DNA of 64,000 nt, taken from positions 263,282 to 327,281 of the forward strand of contig JAXHMJ010000001.1 in NCBI GenBank assembly GCA_034521575.1, given 5' to 3'. Below the pieces are notes generated by a model. That model did not search any database and had not been told where the DNA came from. It saw only the letters and a list, made by a program, of their open reading frames with translations. The first letter of the stretch is position 1. Every line of letters begins with the position of its first letter. The stretch comes from Candidatus Zhuqueibacterota bacterium (GTDB lineage Bacteria > Zhuqueibacterota > Zhuqueibacteria > Residuimicrobiales > Krinioviventaceae). Shown piece by piece: positions 50,251-61,181 of the stretch. Both the position numbers and the translations under genes were made by a program.

Positions 50251-51960
50251 ATGAGTGAAAAAACTATTAAAAGCGATTCAGCGTCGGATTCTTTGAATAA
50301 CGAAAAGACACATTTTATTCGGGACATTGTCGAGCAGGATCTCAAAAGCGGCAAGCACTCTGAGATCATCACCCGATTTCCGCCTGAACCCAACGGTTAT
50401 CTGCACATTGGGCACGCCAAATCCATTTGTCTGAATTTTGGTCTGGCGGAACGTTATAACGGCCGCTGTCATCTGCGATTTGATGATACCAATCCGATCA
50501 AGGAAGAACAGGAATACATCGATTCCATTATTAAAGATGTCAAATGGCTGGGGTTTGACTGGGGCGATCACCTGTATTATGCCTCGGATTATTTTGAACG
50601 CATGTATGAACTTGCTGTCCAACTGGTAAAAAAAGGCAAGGCTTATGTGGACAGTTTGAACAGCGAACAGATCCGCCAATACCGCGGTACACTGACCGAG
50701 CCGGGCCAGAAAAGTCCGTACCGGAACCGTAGCGTCGAGGAAAATCTGGATATGCTGCAGCGCATGCGCAATGGCGAATACAAAGACGGTGAACACGTGC
50801 TGCGCGCCAAAATTGATATGGCCTCTCCCAATTTAAATATGCGCGATCCGGTCATGTACCGGATTCTGCATGCGCCGCATCCACGCACCGGCGACAAATG
50901 GTGTATTTATCCCATGTATGACTGGGCGCATGGCCTGGAAGATTCCATTGAAAAGGTGACGCATTCCTTGTGTACGCTGGAATTTGAGAATCATCGTCCG
51001 CTTTATGACTGGTTTTTGGAGCAGCTCGAGGTTTATCATCCGCAGCAGATCGAGTTTGCGCGTCTGAATTTGAGCTACACGATCATGAGCAAACGCAAAC
51101 TCATGCGTCTGGTCAAAGAAGGTGTGGTTCGGGGATGGGACGATCCGCGCATGCCTACGATTTCCGGACTACGTCGGCGCGGATACACCCCGGAATCCAT
51201 TCGTGATTTTTCAGATCGTATTGGTGTGGCCAAACGTGACAGTGTGGTGGATGTTGCGCTATTGGAGCATTGTCTGCGTGTTGATTTGAACAAGCGAGCG
51301 CCGAGATTTATGGGTGTACTGCGGCCGCTCAAGGTTGTCATTACCAATTATCCCAAAGACCAGGTAGACGAATTGGAGGCGATTAATAATCCCGAAGACC
51401 CGGATGCAGGCAAACGACCGGTCTCCTTCAGCCGGGAGTTGTATATTGAGCGCACTGATTTTATGGAAGATCCGCCGAAAAAGTTTTTCAGACTGGCTCC
51501 GGGACGCGAAGTCCGGTTGCGCTATGCCTACTATATTACCTGTCAGGATGTGATCAAAGATGAGAACGGCCGGGTGACCGAGCTTCATTGCACGTATGAT
51601 CCGGAGACCCGCGGGGGATCTTCGCCGGATGGTCGTAAAGTAAAAGGCACACTGCACTGGGTCAGCGCCCGACATGCCCTGGATGCGCAGATTCGTCTTT
51701 ACGATTACTTGCTCACGGTAGAGAATCCGGATACACAGGAAGATAAAGATTTTATAGAGTATATTAACGCGGATTCACTGGAAGCGCTGCAGGGCAAGGT
51801 GGAACCCGGTCTGCAGGATAAAGAACCGGGTTTTATTTGTCAATTTGAACGGCTGGGATATTTTGTTTTGGATCTGGACTCGACCCCGGATGAAAAAGTT
51901 TTTAACCGCTCTGTCGGGCTGCGGGATACCTGGGCTAAAATCCAGAAAAAGCAGAAATAA
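50251..51960 (+). CDS. glnS: glutamine--tRNA ligase
   Basis: [38 protein letters not shown]. Confidence 0.97.
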   Translation: MSEKTIKSDSASDSLNNEKTHFIRDIVEQDLKSGKHSEIITRFPPEPNGYLHIGHAKSICLNFGLAERYNGRCHLRFDDTNPIKEEQEYIDSIIKDVKWLGFDWGDHLYYASDYFERMYELAVQLVKKGKAYVDSLNSEQIRQYRGTLTEPGQKSPYRNRSVEENLDMLQRMRNGEYKDGEHVLRAKIDMASPNLNMRDPVMYRILHAPHPRTGDKWCIYPMYDWAHGLEDSIEKVTHSLCTLEFENHRPLYDWFLEQLEVYHPQQIEFARLNLSYTIMSKRKLMRLVKEGVVRGWDDPRMPTISGLRRRGYTPESIRDFSDRIGVAKRDSVVDVALLEHCLRVDLNKRAPRFMGVLRPLKVVITNYPKDQVDELEAINNPEDPDAGKRPVSFSRELYIERTDFMEDPPKKFFRLAPGREVRLRYAYYITCQDVIKDENGRVTELHCTYDPETRGGSSPDGRKVKGTLHWVSARHALDAQIRLYDYLLTVENPDTQEDKDFIEYINADSLEALQGKVEPGLQDKEPGFICQFERLGYFVLDLDSTPDEKVFNRSVGLRDTWAKIQKKQK

Positions 51961-51967
51961 AATAGCA

Positions 51968-52035
51968 GCGCCCGTAGCTCAATTGGATCATCCGGCTTTG
52001 AGCCAGAGGGCTCTCGAGTCCATCCGGGCGCGCCC
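51968..52035 (+). pseudogene. degraded tRNA (Arg-like body, anticodon reads TTG)
   Basis: Acceptor stem GCGCCCG/CGGGCGC, TAGCTCAATTGGAT D-arm 5' half, CT-TTG-AG loop, TCGAGTCC T-loop. The D-stem 3' strand and part of the T-stem are missing; 68 nt, ends CCC. Confidence 0.65.
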
Positions 52036-52053
52036 AACCCCCTTAAGGGGCTT

Positions 52054-52872
52054 TTATGTTATGATTTCCAATACAAAACAAACAATGGTCAATAACGCGG
52101 TCGCCAGCGCGGCAATCTGGTGACTCTGATTTTCAGGTTTGATATCGTTGAATTTGAGAACCAGGGCTGCGAGGTATCCGCCTGCAAATCCACCCGCGTG
52201 GGCCAGGTTGTTCACGCCCGGCATCAGAAAACCCATGACGAAGAGAATGATCGCCCAGGTCCCGACCTGCCTGTAGACGGCGTTGCCAAACTCTCCGCCG
52301 CTTTTTCTGCCGAAATAGACCAGAGCGCCCAATAAGCCGAATATAGATCCACTGGCGCCGACCGTGAACGGAATATTGACCATATCGGATATATAAAACC
52401 CCAGAATTCCGGAAAATGTAAAAATGAGAAAAGAACGGCCGGATCCGAACCATTGCTCAACCAGATGTCCCAGCTGTCGAAGCCATAGCATATTAAAAAG
52501 AATATGCAAAATACTGCCATGCAGATAAATCGCGGTGATCAAGGTCCACCAGCGTCCCTGAGCCATGGCGTAGCGTCCGGTCATACCCAGGGCATCAAGC
52601 GACTGCATACTGGGAGACAAGAGTCCCAAAAATCCCCGGGTTTGGAATATGGCGGCCAAATCCGCCAGCAAACTGGCGATGTACAAAAAAATACTGGTTC
52701 CCAGAATTAGCTTGACCATGTCAAAATCACCGAACAAACGGCGTACGGACGGACCATATCCCCATAAACCGGGATTCCAGCGCCCGCAAAACGAACATTT
52801 TTTTGAATTTGCCGAGATCAAACGTCCGCATTTGGGGCACTTTATGGAACCGCTTGTCTGACGTTTCAGCAC
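52054..52872 (-). CDS. rhomboid intramembrane serine protease with N-terminal Zn ribbon
   Basis: CPKC...CSFC, WWTLITAIYLHGSILHILFNM, VGASG, AHAGG. Confidence 0.92.
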   Translation of the reverse strand: MLKRQTSGSIKCPKCGRLISANSKKCSFCGRWNPGLWGYGPSVRRLFGDFDMVKLILGTSIFLYIASLLADLAAIFQTRGFLGLLSPSMQSLDALGMTGRYAMAQGRWWTLITAIYLHGSILHILFNMLWLRQLGHLVEQWFGSGRSFLIFTFSGILGFYISDMVNIPFTVGASGSIFGLLGALVYFGRKSGGEFGNAVYRQVGTWAIILFVMGFLMPGVNNLAHAGGFAGGYLAALVLKFNDIKPENQSHQIAALATALLTIVCFVLEIIT

Positions 52873-53048
52873 GTTATTCTCCTTTTTTGATAAAGGTAAT
52901 TAAAAATCATTACTTTATCAAACAAATTCACGCGCAAATGGTTCCCCTGTCAGGGAATGAGCATGATTTTAATATTTCACTTGCAATTCATTGCACAAGC
53001 CTTAAATTTAGTTATTAAAAAAAATGGTTTTGAATTATTGAGGATATT

Positions 53049-54137
53049 ATGAAAATAGGAATTGTTGGACTCGGCCAATCAGGTAAGACCACATTGTTTA
53101 ATGCGTTGACAGGGTCTGCCGCTCAGACCGGGTTCGCGTCCGGCAAAGCGGAAGCCAATAAAGCCAATGTTCAGGTCCCGGATGAACGGGTAGAGACATT
53201 AACTGAAATATATCAGCCGGAAAAAAAAGTGCCGGCGGTTATTGAATATATCGATCTGGCCGGATTGACCGCATCCGAACAGAAGAAAGGCGGATTAACG
53301 GATGAATTTCTTGGGAATTTACGGACAGTGGATGCGGTATTGATTTTAACGCGCGCTTTTCACAACGACAGCGTACCGCATCCGTTAAACTCTATAGATC
53401 CGAAACGCGATTTTGATCTGATCCAATCCGATCTTTTGCTGAGTGATCTGAACGTGATCGAAAATCGGATGCAGAGACTGGAAAAACAGATCAAAGCTAA
53501 AAAGACTGCGGAAGATCAACGGGAATATGATCTTTTGCAGAGTTTCAGCGAGGCGCTGGAAAACGAAACCCCGCTGCGGGACCTGGAAATCAGCCGGGAA
53601 CAGGAGATGATGATCCGGGGCTATCAGTTTCTGACATTAAAACCATTGATTGTGGCGCTGAATATCGGTGAAGAGGAGATCCCGGATTCGGAAACTATCC
53701 CTGAGGCTTTTGAGGAACTTTTCAAGGCGGAACAGAGCACGGTGGTGTTAATATCCGCTCAGATTGAAATGGAAATTCAACAGCTGTCCGATGAAGAGGC
53801 GGAAGCCTTTCGCCGGGATATCGGCATTACCCACTCTGCCATGCAGCGGTTGATCCGTCTGTCCTACGAGTTCCTGGGTCTGATTTCCTTTTTCACGGTC
53901 GGCAGTGACGAGGTGCGCGCCTGGACGATTCCGTTGAACACAGCTGCGCCTCAGGCTGCCGGGGCTATCCATACTGATTTTGAACGCGGTTTTATTCGAG
54001 CTGAAGTGGTTTCTTATGATGAGTTTATTCAGAGAAAATCATTGCAGAAATGCAAGACCGATGGTGTGTTGCGTCTGGAAGGCAAAGATTATATCGTCAA
54101 GGATGGTGATATAATCAGTTTTCGTTTTGCGGTGTAG
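53049..54137 (+). CDS. ychF: redox-regulated ATPase YchF
   Basis: GIVGL--SGKTTLFN, DLAGL, ISFFT-G-DEVRAW, IHTDFERGFIRAEV, EGKDYIVKDGDI. Confidence 0.95.
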   Translation: MKIGIVGLGQSGKTTLFNALTGSAAQTGFASGKAEANKANVQVPDERVETLTEIYQPEKKVPAVIEYIDLAGLTASEQKKGGLTDEFLGNLRTVDAVLILTRAFHNDSVPHPLNSIDPKRDFDLIQSDLLLSDLNVIENRMQRLEKQIKAKKTAEDQREYDLLQSFSEALENETPLRDLEISREQEMMIRGYQFLTLKPLIVALNIGEEEIPDSETIPEAFEELFKAEQSTVVLISAQIEMEIQQLSDEEAEAFRRDIGITHSAMQRLIRLSYEFLGLISFFTVGSDEVRAWTIPLNTAAPQAAGAIHTDFERGFIRAEVVSYDEFIQRKSLQKCKTDGVLRLEGKDYIVKDGDIISFRFAV

Positions 54138-54158
54138 ATTCCAGGCCGGGGGGCGTGT

Positions 54159-56720
54159 TTAATCGCTCAGAACGTGCTTTACGTTGTCTACCAGGGTGTT
54201 CATGGTAAACGGTTTCTGCAGCCATCCGAACGAGTGAGATTCAATATAACCGGAGAGTTCCGTATCGGCCGGTGCACCGCTGGTGAAAATAATGTCAAGA
54301 GAAGGTTTGATCTGCAGCAGTTCACGTGCACAGTCCAGACCGCTGCAGGTTTCGAGATGATTGTCAATCACCACTATCTGGATTTTTGCCTGCTCCTTTT
54401 TTAATGTTTTTACAGCATCCTCAGGGGAATTGCTCTTGAATGACAGAAATCCGTAATGTTTTAAAGCTGTCGCAGACGTTTCTGCGATCCCTTGATCATC
54501 ATCAACCACCAAAACACCCGGTGTTGACGTTTCTTTCTCTTGTTCATGTTTTGGCGTGTCAGCCTCGTATTGCAGTGGAAATCTCAAAGTTACTGTACTG
54601 CCGTTTTCATTTGTATCGATATCGATCCATCCCTGATGGGCCAGCATGATGCCTTTAATCGAAGACAGGGTCAATCCTTTGGCAATACCGTTTTTGCCGG
54701 ATGTAAAAGGTTTAAACAGGTTTTCCAGAATAGCCGGATCCATACCTTGTCCCGAATCGCTGACTGTGATTAAAAGTTCATTTTCTGTTGCATGTGATTC
54801 AATCCGGATGATTCCGCCCTGCGGCATGGCGTCAACTGCATTTTTACACAATGAGCCGAGGATGTGGACTATTTTAAACTGATCCAGGCGGGCAGGCGGC
54901 AGGTGGCCCGGCAGATTGAGGCGTATTTCAAATTGTTCCGGCAGAAAGCGCTCGAGTTTGTTGCGAATGGATTCGATGAGATGTTTGATATTTACCGGTC
55001 GTTTGTCGAGCTGTATATCTCCGGTATAGGACTGGAGCTTGTGTGCACCGTCCGACAGTACATGCGCCAGGCTTTTTAGGTGATTTAGAGATTTTTGCTG
55101 TTTGGTATTTAGCTTTAAATCTCCCGGAAAATGTTTCAAGTGCTCAATGATAAGGCAAGAGATGGAAGCGAATTGGGCTTTTATGTGGTTCAAGAGTTCT
55201 TTGTTTTGATCTGGGGTCTCAGTCTGACAGAGTTGAGGTTGAGAATTCTGTTCAGATGATTCCAGCAGGATCGATATGTAATCCTGTCCCATAATATCGG
55301 TTCGGCTCAGATGAACCTGTACCGGGATAATATCAGCTTTTTTGCTAATGACCAATAATTTCGAATTTGGCTTGTAATCTGTTTGTTCCTTTCCGTATAA
55401 TGTATCACGCCATTCCTGCCAGTCCTGCTGCATTTCATCGACAATCAGGCTGCTGAATTCAGAGTCAAGCATGGAGACGGCTGATATGTTGAGCAAGTTC
55501 TCAACCGCTTTGTTCCAGATGCGGATTTTATCATTAGAATCCGTAACCACAATCGGAAAAGGCACAGCATCCAGGAGTTGAGAAACTCCTTTAAAAGAGT
55601 AGGAAAAAAGACCGGGTTTGTTCAATCTGTTTACGGACAGGAGGTCGGGTTCCTGCTCCTCCGTGGTTTCGGGCGCGGATTCTTTATAATGTTCGACCAG
55701 TTCGTTCATAGAAGCATTTTCTTCCTGCAGCATATGATTGGCGATAACTCCGAGAGCGGATCTATCGTCATTTTCTTCATCCAGGGTTTCTTTCTGACGC
55801 ACTTTGATGTAACACTCATATCCGACTATGGTCTGGTCGTCTTTTTGCGGAACAAGCGTGATATCCGCCAGAACAAACCGGTCGTCCGGTGTACGCAGGG
55901 TGACCGATTCCCATTCTGTTTCAGTTTCAGAGTTGATAATGCTTTTTATTTTTTCAAGATCGTCGGTATCCGCTGTCAGATCGGAGATTAGACTTTTTCC
56001 GACCAGGTTCTCCTGTTCGCCCAGTCCCAGGAGGGCATTTGTACCTTCCTGCGTGTCCACAATGACACCGTCCGGTGTGCAAAACAGCAGAGCTGTTTCC
56101 TCCGGCTCTTCCTGGTCATGTGTTTCCGGGGTGTCTTCAATATAGTTGGCCCGCACCTGTCCGGCTTCAAACAATAGATGGATCAGGTTTTCAAATTCTT
56201 CGACAAGAAGGCTTGATTCAATATTGTTGGGAGTGGTATAGTCTTTGATGTCTTCAATATCCTGTTGCCCGTTAAATATCTGTTCGAGAAGGCCCAGAGC
56301 TTCCGCGTTTTGATCGGGTTTCAGAGTGTTGTTAACCTTGATCAGACAGACAAATCCAAACAGTTCGTTTTTGAAAAGCAAAGGGAAAACGGTCTGGATG
56401 ACCAGGCCGTTAAGAAAACTTTGATAGAGCGGCTGCCGGTCATTAAACACAAACCCGGTGTCGATATGTTCCACAGCATAGAGCACATTAAAAAAAGTCC
56501 GTTCTTCCTTGTTGAGATTGGCAATAGCGGGGAATGAATCCGTTATCGATGTAAGCAGCTGCGAGTCGTCATCGTAGATACACAGACCAATGTTGTGTTT
56601 TCTGGAAAAAGTGGATTGAATTTCGTTCAGGACGCTTTTGTCAATGAGGTCGAGTAGGTGTGTGGTCGATTCTTGCACGGCCGTTCCTCTGATAAGAGAT
56701 AATTTTGCTGATTCTATCAA
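54159..56720 (-). CDS. PocR-like/PAS sensor with degenerate histidine-kinase core and C-terminal receiver
   Basis: LLDLID...EIQSTFS PocR-like start, PAS, KNAVDAMPQGG, DSGQGM, VLVVDDD...QKPF. The canonical H-box (AHDFNN) is not recognisable. Confidence 0.65.
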   Translation of the reverse strand: MIESAKLSLIRGTAVQESTTHLLDLIDKSVLNEIQSTFSRKHNIGLCIYDDDSQLLTSITDSFPAIANLNKEERTFFNVLYAVEHIDTGFVFNDRQPLYQSFLNGLVIQTVFPLLFKNELFGFVCLIKVNNTLKPDQNAEALGLLEQIFNGQQDIEDIKDYTTPNNIESSLLVEEFENLIHLLFEAGQVRANYIEDTPETHDQEEPEETALLFCTPDGVIVDTQEGTNALLGLGEQENLVGKSLISDLTADTDDLEKIKSIINSETETEWESVTLRTPDDRFVLADITLVPQKDDQTIVGYECYIKVRQKETLDEENDDRSALGVIANHMLQEENASMNELVEHYKESAPETTEEQEPDLLSVNRLNKPGLFSYSFKGVSQLLDAVPFPIVVTDSNDKIRIWNKAVENLLNISAVSMLDSEFSSLIVDEMQQDWQEWRDTLYGKEQTDYKPNSKLLVISKKADIIPVQVHLSRTDIMGQDYISILLESSEQNSQPQLCQTETPDQNKELLNHIKAQFASISCLIIEHLKHFPGDLKLNTKQQKSLNHLKSLAHVLSDGAHKLQSYTGDIQLDKRPVNIKHLIESIRNKLERFLPEQFEIRLNLPGHLPPARLDQFKIVHILGSLCKNAVDAMPQGGIIRIESHATENELLITVSDSGQGMDPAILENLFKPFTSGKNGIAKGLTLSSIKGIMLAHQGWIDIDTNENGSTVTLRFPLQYEADTPKHEQEKETSTPGVLVVDDDQGIAETSATALKHYGFLSFKSNSPEDAVKTLKKEQAKIQIVVIDNHLETCSGLDCARELLQIKPSLDIIFTSGAPADTELSGYIESHSFGWLQKPFTMNTLVDNVKHVLSD

Positions 56721-56743
56721 TATATTTTAAAATTGTCTAAATG

Positions 56744-57505
56744 TCAATCTTTATTTAGCAGCTCTTTAACCTGATAGAGAAGCGGCGGCTCCAGACCCAG
56801 TTCACGGATGCGGGCGCTGTTTTTAAACAGGGTGGCGGGCCGCTCGTCGTGGACAATGCTTCCCTTGTAAAATATAATCAGCCGGTGCGCATCAAGCGCC
56901 TCTTCAGGAAATTGAGTAATGAGTATGGAAGCGAGTTCAGTATCTTTGGAGTGCAGGACTTGAAGGGTGTGGCAAATGCTTTTTCGATTTGCCGGATCCA
57001 GCAGGGAAGTGGGTTCATCAAGGACGAGGTAGCGGGGCTGCATGGCCATAACAGATGCCAGAGCGAGCCGCTGTTTTTCTCCGCCGGAAAGTTTGTGCGG
57101 AGAATGACGTCGATATTTTTCGATATTGAATTGCTGCAGCATCGACTCGACTCGCTGATGCATTTCCTGTTCCGGCACGCCCAGGTTTTCCAAGCCAAAG
57201 GCAATTTCCCGTTCAACTGTAGCAGAGACAATCTGATTGTCCGGATTCTGAAATACCATTCCCACCTTACGGCGGATTTCGAGGAGTGATCGCGGGTCGT
57301 GCAGGTCCAGACCATCCACGCTGATGCTGCCGCTGGACGGGGTTAACAGTCCATTCAGACAGCGGGCAAATGTGGTTTTCCCGGAGCCATTGTGCCCCAT
57401 CACTGCAATACGTTCGCCGGGTTCTATTCCAAGATTGAGGTGTTTTAGGGTAGAAGAAGTGCGGGCAGGCTCGTAATGATAATTCAGATTTTCTATCTTT
57501 ATCAT
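56744..57505 (-). CDS. ecfA: energy-coupling factor transporter ATPase (EcfA/CbiO)
   Basis: GHNGSGKTT, VGMVFQNPDNQIV, LSGGEKQR, LDEPTSLLDP. Confidence 0.88.
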   Translation of the reverse strand: MIKIENLNYHYEPARTSSTLKHLNLGIEPGERIAVMGHNGSGKTTFARCLNGLLTPSSGSISVDGLDLHDPRSLLEIRRKVGMVFQNPDNQIVSATVEREIAFGLENLGVPEQEMHQRVESMLQQFNIEKYRRHSPHKLSGGEKQRLALASVMAMQPRYLVLDEPTSLLDPANRKSICHTLQVLHSKDTELASILITQFPEEALDAHRLIIFYKGSIVHDERPATLFKNSARIRELGLEPPLLYQVKELLNKD

Positions 57506-57509
57506 TGCA

Positions 57510-57938
57510 TCACTGATTGCGTTGACCCATGATCTGCAGGATAACCTGACGGCTGCGAGGCCGGTTGTCAAAATCAATCAGAACAACCTGCTGCCAGGTG
57601 CCGAGCATCATTTGTCCGTTGACAAACGGCACGACCAGTGAGGGACCCTGGAATGCGGCTCTGACATGCGAGTTGCCGTTTCCGTCATGCCAGGTGGCAT
57701 CGTGATGGTAATCCGCACCTTCCGGAGCCAGTTTTTCATAGAATTCAGGCAGGTCCTTGAGCAGGCCGGGTTCATACTCTATGGTTGTGAGTCCTGCCGT
57801 GGCTCCGGCAATAAAAAAAGTGATGGTGCCGGTTTTTAGACCGCTTTGCTGCAGAATGTCCTGAGCCCGTCCGGTGATATCTATGATATCAGAGTGGCCT
57901 TTGGTTTTTAACGGTATTTTTTCTGTAATAATATCCAT
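57510..57938 (-). CDS. yjbQ: YjbQ/UPF0047 family protein
   Basis: TAGLTTIEYEP, Y-HD---HDGNGNSH-RA, LGTWQQV--IDFD. Confidence 0.9.
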   Translation of the reverse strand: MDIITEKIPLKTKGHSDIIDITGRAQDILQQSGLKTGTITFFIAGATAGLTTIEYEPGLLKDLPEFYEKLAPEGADYHHDATWHDGNGNSHVRAAFQGPSLVVPFVNGQMMLGTWQQVVLIDFDNRPRSRQVILQIMGQRNQ

Positions 57939-57941
57939 AGT

Positions 57942-58865
57942 TTAAATCCAGATGTTATCTCGCTCCAATTCGAACAAGGACACCAATTCACGGATTCGCG
58001 CTTTGATTTCCTGTTCATTCAGTGTTTTCAATTTATCGGTGCTAAAACTTTCCACACAAAAAGAAGCCATGACTGTTCCCACAATCATCGCACGCCGCAA
58101 ACTTTCGGGCGTTGTCAGGTCTGTGGCAGTTAGATAGCCCATAAATCCACCGGCAAAGGAATCTCCGGCGCCGGTCGGATCAAAAAGATTTTCCACAGGA
58201 AAGGCTGGGCACATGAAATATTTATCACCGCTGACCAATATGGATCCGTGCTCGCCTTTTTTAATAATCAGGGTTTCAGGACCCCATTCACGAATTTTCT
58301 GAGCGCCCTTGAATATATTGTGTTCGCCGGAGAGCAGCCGAACTTCCGAATCATTGATGATCAGGCAGTCTACTTTTTTCAGAGTGGTGCGGAGATTGTC
58401 CAGATCGCCGGTTATCCAGAAATTCATGGTGTCCATGGCAACAAATTTGGCGTTTTTTACCTGCTGGATCACGTTGTACTGCAGGTTCGGCTGGATGTTT
58501 GCCAGAAAAATATATTCGCTGTTTTGATAGGAGGGCGGCAATATCGGATCAAAAGATTCAAATACGCCGAGATGTGTGTACAGGGTCTCACGGTCGATCA
58601 TATTATCCAGATATTTTCCGCCCCATCGAAATGTCTGGCCGGTTTCGTTTGTGAGCCCTTTTAGATCGACTTTTTTTTCCACGAGATAATCGATCAAAGA
58701 GCGGTTAAAATCATCGCCCACAACCGCAACAAGATTCACCGGTGTAAAATAGCTGGCTGCTGTGGAAAAATAAGTTGCCGAACCGCCCAGAGCGTCTTTT
58801 CTTTTGTCAAACGGTGTTTCGATATCATCATAGGCCATGGATCCGACTACGAGTAAACTGCTCAT
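57942..58865 (-). CDS. PfkB family carbohydrate/nucleoside kinase
   Basis: LGGSATYF, LANIQP, IKKGEHG, DPTGAGDSFAGG. Confidence 0.92.
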   Translation of the reverse strand: MSSLLVVGSMAYDDIETPFDKRKDALGGSATYFSTAASYFTPVNLVAVVGDDFNRSLIDYLVEKKVDLKGLTNETGQTFRWGGKYLDNMIDRETLYTHLGVFESFDPILPPSYQNSEYIFLANIQPNLQYNVIQQVKNAKFVAMDTMNFWITGDLDNLRTTLKKVDCLIINDSEVRLLSGEHNIFKGAQKIREWGPETLIIKKGEHGSILVSGDKYFMCPAFPVENLFDPTGAGDSFAGGFMGYLTATDLTTPESLRRAMIVGTVMASFCVESFSTDKLKTLNEQEIKARIRELVSLFELERDNIWI

Positions 58866-58882
58866 AAATAAAAGCTCCTTGG

Positions 58883-60539
58883 TTACATGTTTTCAGGGGT
58901 TGATATGCCGAGTATGGTTAGACCGTTGAAAAGAACCTGACGTGACGCTTTGCACAGCATCAGTCTGGCTCTGGTCAACTGTTTGTTGTCTGTCACCACC
59001 CGATGATCGTGATAAAATCGATGAAATACAGTAGCCAGTTCATGCAGATAATTGGTCACCCGGTGCGGTTCCATAAACTGGGCCGCTTTGCTCAGGATTT
59101 CCGGAAACTCGCCGCATTTTTTGATCAATTCCAATTCAGAGGGTTCGGTTAACGGGCTGGTGTCGCCGGCATCCGGGATATCTACGTTGTTCTCTTTCGC
59201 AAACCGCAATATATTACAGATGCGCGCGTGGGCGTACTGTACATAGTAAACCGGATTTTCATCGGTTTGTTTTTTGGCCAGATCAATGTCAAAATCCAGG
59301 GGTTGAGAAATTCTGCGGTCGACGAAAAAATAACGCGCCGCATCCACACCGACTTCATTGATCAGTTCGTTCATTTCCACGATCTCTCCGGCGCGTTTGC
59401 TCATTTTGACCACCCGGCCGTTGCGCAAAAGGTTGACCTGTTGTATAATGCTGACGCTAAACTGTTTTTCATCATACCCCAGAGCCTGCAGTGCAGCCGA
59501 CATGCGCGGAATATACCCGTGGTGATCCGGGCCCCAGAAATCAACGAGTTTGTGAAAGCCTCTAAAATATTTGTTTTCGTGGACTGAAACCGTCGACCAG
59601 AAAATAGGTCGGCCGTCCTTTACTTGTCACCAGAACACGGTCTTTTTCATCTCCGTAATCCGTTGATTTGAACCAGATTGCGCCATCCTTTTCACAGGTG
59701 TGACCGCTTTGCTCCAAGCGTTGCAAAACCTTTAGGTGTTCTTCATTTTTACGCAATTCGCTTTCATGAAACCAGACATCAAAATCTACACCGAATTCGT
59801 GCATACTTTGTCTGTGCTGATCGAGCATATAGCTCAGCGCTTTTTCACTGAACAACGGGATGCGTTCGGTTTCCGGCAGGGATTTCAGCGATTCGGCGTC
59901 CGATTCGGCCATCTGCCTGGCCAGGTCGCGCAAATAGTCCCCATGGTATCCGTCCTCCGGTATCGGGGTTTCCTGTCCGATCTCTGTCAAAAACCGGGCA
60001 TTCAGTGATTCGCCCAAAAGCCGAATCTGTCGACCCGCATCATTGACATAATACTCTTTTTTTATGTCAAATCCGGTTGTGCGGTAAATATTGGCCAACA
60101 CATCACCCACCGATGCCGCGCGTGCACTGACCACGTTCAGGGGCCCGGTTGGATTGGCGCTGACAAATTCAAATTGAATTTTCTCACCGCCGCCGAACTC
60201 GCTTTTCCCGAACTCGGCCCCCTGTTTTAAAACATCATGTATGGTCTGCTGCAAAAGCAAGGGCGCAAGGTAAAAGTTGATGAATCCCGGCCCTGCAATC
60301 TCAATTTTTTCCACAACAGAAGCGTCCGGCTCAAAATTCTGAACAATCTCTTCTGCAACAAGGCGTGGCGCTTTTTTGGCTATCTTGGCCAGATTCATAG
60401 CCACCGGAGTGGCAATATCTCCGAAATTTTCCTGTTTGGGTTGTTCTAATACGATAGACCGGCTGTCAACCTCATAGCCGGCCTTTTTCAAAGCTTTTTC
60501 GAGTTTCTCCTCAATCAGCGCTTTATGATTCATCATCAT
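58883..60539 (-). CDS. argS: arginine--tRNA ligase, split by a single +1 frameshift near 59580
   Basis: FGDIATPVAM, AGPGFINF, EFVSANPTGP, YVNDAGRQ. After the shift: HENKYFRG...FWGPDHHGY, MSKRAG, VYYVQYAHAR, LGISTPENM. Confidence 0.93.
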
Positions 60540-60879
60540 CCTTTATTTCCATAAATTGTGCGTCTCCCCACATTCGCTCCAGTCCGTAAAATTCGCGTGC
60601 CTGCTCCTTAAATATATGCACCACGACATCGACATAGTCCATTAATATCCATGGGTCGCCCGATCGGCCTTCTTTATGCCATAGCCGGATACCTTGTGAT
60701 TTCATTTCTTTTTCGATGGTTTGCACCTGCGCCTGCGCCTGAACATCAGCCTGCACGGTGCATAATACGAAAAAGTCTGTCATTGTAGTGACGGCACGCA
60801 GGTCCTGGATCACGATATCACTGCCCTGTTTCTCTTTTAATATTCGGGCAATCTGTTTTGCAAGTTTTTCAGAATTCAA
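60523..60879 (-). CDS. rsfS: ribosome silencing factor
   Basis: KQGSDIVIQDL--VTTMTDFFV, WILMDYVDVVVHIF---AREFY-LERMWGDA. Confidence 0.93.
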   Translation of the reverse strand: MNSEKLAKQIARILKEKQGSDIVIQDLRAVTTMTDFFVLCTVQADVQAQAQVQTIEKEMKSQGIRLWHKEGRSGDPWILMDYVDVVVHIFKEQAREFYGLERMWGDAQFMEIKDDDES

Positions 60880-61181
60880 TGGCTCTCCTGTTTATTTCTA
60901 TAAAATATGAATTTATACCTTTTTTATCAAGATAAAACTGTATAACCCGAATTCTCTTTTGTTACTTTAATGTCCCAATTTATAAAATATGATTCCGGTA
61001 CTTTCATTTATTGTCAATTTATAGTTATAAGTTAAATAAAATCAAGTTATTTTATGTGGCGCCGGCCGGAATAATTTCAATCATTTTGGCGCAATAATTG
61101 CCGATTTATCGTTGGATGCTTTTATTCCGGCTCTGTTTTTATGCGAAATTAGTGTATGACTACTGACTGAATGGAGAAAAC

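Noticed and set aside
51968-52035. Functional tRNA-Gln
   Set aside because: The D-stem and T-stem cannot form as written, the acceptor stem is Arg-like, and there is no CCA.
56744-57505. Orphan EcfA as a novel transporter
   Set aside because: Only one ATPase and no EcfT or S component is here, but split ECF loci are common; there is nothing further to support novelty.
59560-59600. Programmed frameshift or true inactivation of argS
   Set aside because: No slippery motif at the +1 shift and the gene is normally essential, so a consensus indel error is more likely. This also lowers confidence that other single-base frameshifts in the window (IS transposase, PAS protein, A10 tract) are biological.
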